Source: Actinomycetota bacterium
Lineage (GTDB): Bacteria > Actinomycetota > Actinomycetes > S36-B12
DNA: 64,000 nucleotides
Assembly: GCA_016870195.1 (NCBI GenBank)
Contig: VGCC01000005.1
Coordinates: 19,126 to 83,125, forward strand
Direction: 5' to 3'
In this document: piece after piece, positions 61,030 to 64,000 of the stretch
How positions within the stretch are numbered: position 1 is the stretch's first letter
How the letters are laid out: the number at the start of each line of letters is the position of its first letter
Position numbers and translations under genes: made by a program
Notes under the pieces: model-generated
What the model saw: only the letters and a program-made list of their open reading frames with translations
Database searches by the model: none
Told to the model about the DNA's origin: nothing

Positions 61030-62061
61030 ATGGTGGCTCCTCCCACGCTCCAGCGGCTCACCGTGGCCGAGGCGGTCCAGCGCTATTTCAGGGACGTGGA
61101 GCGACGACTGGCGGCCGGATCCCTGGCGGAGACGACGGCACGGACCTACCGACGCGACCTGGACGACCTCATCCGCCTGGCCGGCGCCGACACCGTTCTG
61201 GACGATCTGACAGGTGCCGATATCGACGACATCGTGGTGGCGTTCCGGCACGAACCCGACCGGCGCTATGCCGTCCCTCGGACCGACACCAAGGGCACCG
61301 GTATCGCCGCCCGGTTTCGGCAGTCCATCTCCCGGTTGTTCACCTTCGCCGAGCGCGAGGCCTACATCCAACGCAACCCCATGCCGGACACGAGCGCCCG
61401 ACCCAAGCCTCGGGATCGGGCAGCCGGGGCCCGCACCGCACTCCCCCTGGACTCGGCGCGCGCCCTCGTCGACGTGCCGCAGGATCCCCCGACGGCACGT
61501 GTCGACCACCGGCTCTCGGTGCGCGACGAGGTGATCCTGCGCATCCTCTTGGAGACCGGGCCGCGGGTCAGCGAGCTGTGCGCGATGGACAGGGCAGATG
61601 TCGACGTCCGCGACGGTGTGACCTGGTTACGGATCCGACATGGAAAGGGTGGCAAGGCCCGGGATGTGCCGCTGTCACCGAGCACCGCGGAAGTGTTGAG
61701 CCGCTACGAAGCCGACCATCGCCCCCCTGCCTGGCATGCCGATCCCCCGCCGCGTCAGGAAGACTCGGAGCGCGCGCTCTTCGTCACCTTCCGAGGGCGT
61801 CGAATCACCCCGCGTGATGTCCAGAATCTCGTCTCACGCACATGTGCGCTCCTCCCCGCGCAGGTGCGCAGGCGCGCAACACCCCACGCACTGCGGCACA
61901 CGATGGCCACACTTGCGCTCTCCAGTGGCGCGGCCGATGTGTCCGTTGTCCAACGCCTCCTCGGTCACGCGAGCCTGGCGACCACCGGCGTATACCTGGA
62001 CGAGATCCGCGAGGAGCTGGCCCAGGCGGTCCTGCGCAATCCGGTAACCGGACGCACCTAG
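61030..62061 (+). CDS. tyrosine recombinase / site-specific integrase (XerC/XerD-like)
   Basis: The N-terminal SAM-like domain shows TYRRDLDDLIRLAG. The catalytic residues are R (ETGPRVSEL), K (HGKGGKARDVPL), HALRHT, LLGHASLATT and the Tyr in GVYLDE. Confidence 0.9.
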   Translation: MVAPPTLQRLTVAEAVQRYFRDVERRLAAGSLAETTARTYRRDLDDLIRLAGADTVLDDLTGADIDDIVVAFRHEPDRRYAVPRTDTKGTGIAARFRQSISRLFTFAEREAYIQRNPMPDTSARPKPRDRAAGARTALPLDSARALVDVPQDPPTARVDHRLSVRDEVILRILLETGPRVSELCAMDRADVDVRDGVTWLRIRHGKGGKARDVPLSPSTAEVLSRYEADHRPPAWHADPPPRQEDSERALFVTFRGRRITPRDVQNLVSRTCALLPAQVRRRATPHALRHTMATLALSSGAADVSVVQRLLGHASLATTGVYLDEIREELAQAVLRNPVTGRT

Positions 62062-62075
62062 GGAACCTTCCGGCG

Positions 62076-62103
62076 GCCTCCTGCGTCCCATCCCCCAGGA
62101 GGC
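62076..62103 (+). promoter_or_regulatory. hairpin that sequesters the rbpA Shine-Dalgarno (could also terminate the recombinase transcript)
   Basis: GCCTCCTG (62076-83) pairs with CAGGAGGC (62096-103) to form 8 bp with a 12-nt loop. The 3' arm contains the AGGAGG located 5 nt upstream of ATG 62108. Confidence 0.35.
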
Positions 62104-62107
62104 AGTC

Positions 62108-62449
62108 ATGGAATCGATGCGTGGAAGCCGTCTCGGGGCCTTGAGTTACGAGCGGGATGAGCACGTTGCTCCCGCGGGGCGACGCGGTGTGCGCTACGTC
62201 TGCGCGGACGGCCACGTCAGCATCATCCCGTTCTCCACGGACGCCGACGAGATCCCCTACACCTGGACGTGCCGGTGCGGTGCGGAGGCAACAAGCCCCG
62301 ACGTCGCGAAGCCCGAGGCCGGTCCGGAGAAGCACCAGCGGACGCACTGGGACATGTTGCTCGAACGCCGGACACGCGAGGACCTCGAGGAGCTGCTCGA
62401 AGAGCGTCTCACGCTCCTCCGCCAGGGAGCTCTCCCCCGCTCTGCGTAG
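62108..62449 (+). CDS. rbpA: RNA polymerase-binding protein RbpA
   Basis: It shows RGSRLGALSYERDE and the tail RTHWDMLLERRTREDLEELLEERLTLLR, closely matching the mycobacterial/Streptomyces RbpA pattern. It neighbours fxsA and ppm1, as Rv2050 does. Confidence 0.92.
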   Translation: MESMRGSRLGALSYERDEHVAPAGRRGVRYVCADGHVSIIPFSTDADEIPYTWTCRCGAEATSPDVAKPEAGPEKHQRTHWDMLLERRTREDLEELLEERLTLLRQGALPRSA

Positions 62450-62828
62450 TCGGCCGACGGATCACCTCACCGGCGATCACGTCACCCGCAGCGAAACCCA
62501 TGCGAATCGGTGACACCTGCACCCACGCCCGCAAGCGCGTCCCTAAGGGCCGGTGCACGGCCGGCACCAGGAGCACGAGGGCCGCGAGGTCGGTCAGAAA
62601 GCCGGGGACGATGAAGAGCACGCCGGCAACACCGAGGACGAGGGCCCGATCACCCCTCCCCCGCGCTGCCTCAGCCCCCGCATTGCGGACCAGGGCCCAG
62701 CCGACGGGCACGCCGAGGACTATGAGCAGGAGCGCCCATCCCCAGCCGAGAAGCGTGGCGACGCCCCAGAACGCGAGGATCTCGGCGAGCGGGTAGCCAA
62801 AAACCAGCAGCCGCCAACGGACGTTCAT
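62409..62828 (-). CDS. fxsA: FxsA family membrane protein
   Basis: It shows the FxsA pattern PLAEILAFWGV...LFIVPGFLTDLAALVLLVP. Its 3' end overlaps rbpA by 41 nt. Confidence 0.88.
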   Translation of the reverse strand: MNVRWRLLVFGYPLAEILAFWGVATLLGWGWALLLIVLGVPVGWALVRNAGAEAARGRGDRALVLGVAGVLFIVPGFLTDLAALVLLVPAVHRPLGTRLRAWVQVSPIRMGFAAGDVIAGEVIRRPTTQSGGELPGGGA

Positions 62829-63610
62829 CTGCCCTCCCCCCGACGCGTCATCGCCCGTTCGCGAAGCCGCGTAACCCGGGAATCAACCCCCCACACGGTG
62901 ACCCGCCAGAGGGCCTCGGCCACGATCGTGCGACTCATCTTGCTCGCCCCCGAGGTCCGCTCCACGAAGGTGATCGGCACCTCGCGCACCTGCATGCCAC
63001 GTTGCACGGCGCGCCAGGCGAGGTCCACCTGGAAGCAATAGCCCTGCGAGGCAACCTCGTGGAGATCGAGGGCACGGAGCGTGCTGGCCCGGAACGCGCG
63101 GTAGCCGCCCGTCGCATCGCGGATCGGCACCCCGAGCATCAGGCGGGTGTAGAGGTTGCCCCCCTTCGAGAGCACCTGGCGACCACGGGACCAATTCTCT
63201 GTTGCACCGCCGGTGACCCATCGCGATCCCAGGACCAGATCGCAGCCACGCAATGCGCCGAGCAGCCGCGGGAGCTGCTCCGGTTGATGGGAACCGTCGG
63301 CGTCCATCTCGACGAGGACGTCGTACCCGTTCTGCAGTCCCCAGGCGAATCCCGCAAGGTACGCCGTCCCGAGACCCTCCTTACCCAGCCGATGCATGAC
63401 GTGCACCTGATCGTCGTGGGCTGCCCAGTCATCGGCGACCCGACCGGTGCCATCCGGGGAGTTGTCGTCCGCCACGAGCACATCTGCCTCGGGAACGGAG
63501 GTACGTACCCGTTCGAGTATCGCCGGAAGTGCGACGCGCTCGTTGTAGGTAGGAATGATGACGAGGATTCGACCGAGGTCGGTGAACGTGGTCGAGGGGT
63601 CGTCGCTCAC
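62825..63610 (-). CDS. ppm1: polyprenol monophosphomannose synthase (GT2)
   Basis: It shows IIPTYNE, VADDNSPDGT and EMDADGSHQP. It shares a 4-nt overlap with lnt upstream and with fxsA downstream. Confidence 0.93.
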   Translation of the reverse strand: MSDDPSTTFTDLGRILVIIPTYNERVALPAILERVRTSVPEADVLVADDNSPDGTGRVADDWAAHDDQVHVMHRLGKEGLGTAYLAGFAWGLQNGYDVLVEMDADGSHQPEQLPRLLGALRGCDLVLGSRWVTGGATENWSRGRQVLSKGGNLYTRLMLGVPIRDATGGYRAFRASTLRALDLHEVASQGYCFQVDLAWRAVQRGMQVREVPITFVERTSGASKMSRTIVAEALWRVTVWGVDSRVTRLRERAMTRRGEGR

Positions 63611-64000
63611 GCCTCCACCCTAGTGAGAGCTTGTCGCGACCACGGAGTCCATGTCAGGACCAGTCCGATCATCGTCAGTGCGATTGCCGCGTACGTCAGG
63701 GGCGGTCCGATGACAGAGCCCGGAGTCCGCACCTCGACACGGGGAAGGTCAGCGACAACGTACCCGACATCATCAATGGGAAGTCGCGCGATCTCCTCTC
63801 CGCGGGGGTCGAACGCCACCGTGGCGCCCGTGGTGGCGGCCACGCCCAGGGAGCGTCCGGTTTCGCGCGCACGTAGTCGTTCGATGGCCAACTGCTGATT
63901 GAGTTGACTCATCCCGGCCCAGGTCGCGTTGTTTGTCTGGACGGTCAGGATGTCTGCGCCCCCAGCCACGACCTCGGCGATGGCCGCGTCGTAGGCGACC
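63607..64000 (-). CDS. lnt: apolipoprotein N-acyltransferase, C-terminal part (5' end lies outside the window)
   Basis: The frame is open to the window edge. It has the CN-hydrolase C-terminal region (QTNNATWAGMSQLNQQLAIERLRARETGRSL) and a final TM segment. It sits upstream of ppm1, as in the mycobacterial Lnt-Ppm1 pairing. Confidence 0.85.
   Translation of the reverse strand, partial: VAYDAAIAEVVAGGADILTVQTNNATWAGMSQLNQQLAIERLRARETGRSLGVAATTGATVAFDPRGEEIARLPIDDVGYVVADLPRVEVRTPGSVIGPPLTYAAIALTMIGLVLTWTPWSRQALTRVEA

Noticed and set aside
62443-62450. TGCGTAGT recurs at the rbpA stop codon, matching the left arm of the 60991 repeat. This might suggest att-like direct repeats flanking a recombinase + rbpA cassette.
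   Set aside because: A single 8-mer match is about what chance predicts in 128 kb of two-strand sequence. It lies inside both the rbpA and fxsA coding sequences. In addition, rbpA-fxsA-ppm1 is an ancestral core neighbourhood, so a mobile cassette is unlikely.

Overview
This is a high-GC, gene-dense stretch of actinobacterial chromosomal core, made up almost entirely of housekeeping operons. In order, it contains:
- aroB(partial)-aroQ-pepQ-efp-nusB, followed by an atypical antisense tRNA-like gene.
- A PdtaR-like ANTAR response regulator and a Liv-type ABC importer (SBP convergent with livHMGF), then a hotdog thioesterase.
- polA, rpsA, coaE, uvrB, two tandem TerC paralogues, an MBL hydrolase and uvrA.
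- A Tat/lipobox Rieske protein, then uvrC-rapZ-yvcK-whiA, gap-pgk-tpiA-secG and an RbpB-like RbpA paralogue.
- tkt-tal, ctaB/ctaA, and a complete sufR-sufB-sufD-Rieske-sufC-sufS-sufU-sufT operon with a CAAC-N6-GTTG operator.
- ABC-F, a crotonase, an ABC exporter, SURF1, DUF3099, dodecin, a TMEM175-like channel, fabG-inhA, a SixA-like phosphatase and serB.
- An orphan ABC ATPase coupled to an FeS-type photolyase.
- pgsA-gcvH-garA/odhI-MerR-DUF151-MerR, then a tandem glycine riboswitch and gcvP.
- A lone tyrosine recombinase, rbpA, fxsA, ppm1 and lnt(partial).

From memory, the gene order reproduces several M. tuberculosis blocks: Rv2538c-2533c, Rv1626-1638, Rv1420-1484, Rv1822-1832 and Rv2050-2053. 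I found no rRNA, CRISPR array, transposase, prophage or recognisable defence island, and I cannot honestly claim a clear novel multi-gene system.

The most unusual items are:
1. A 74-nt class-I-sized tRNA with a Leu(CAA) anticodon and A73, abutting the nusB stop codon.
2. A tyrosine recombinase at a synteny junction. Its consensus leaderless-type promoter is embedded in a 10-8-10 inverted repeat with recombinase-core-site geometry.
3. A LivH permease fused to a secreted beta-sandwich-like N-terminal domain, next to the ANTAR regulator.
4. A GarA/OdhI homologue with a zinc-ribbon N-terminus.
5. Two RbpA-family paralogues.

All calls come from reading the translations and DNA by eye. No searches were run.
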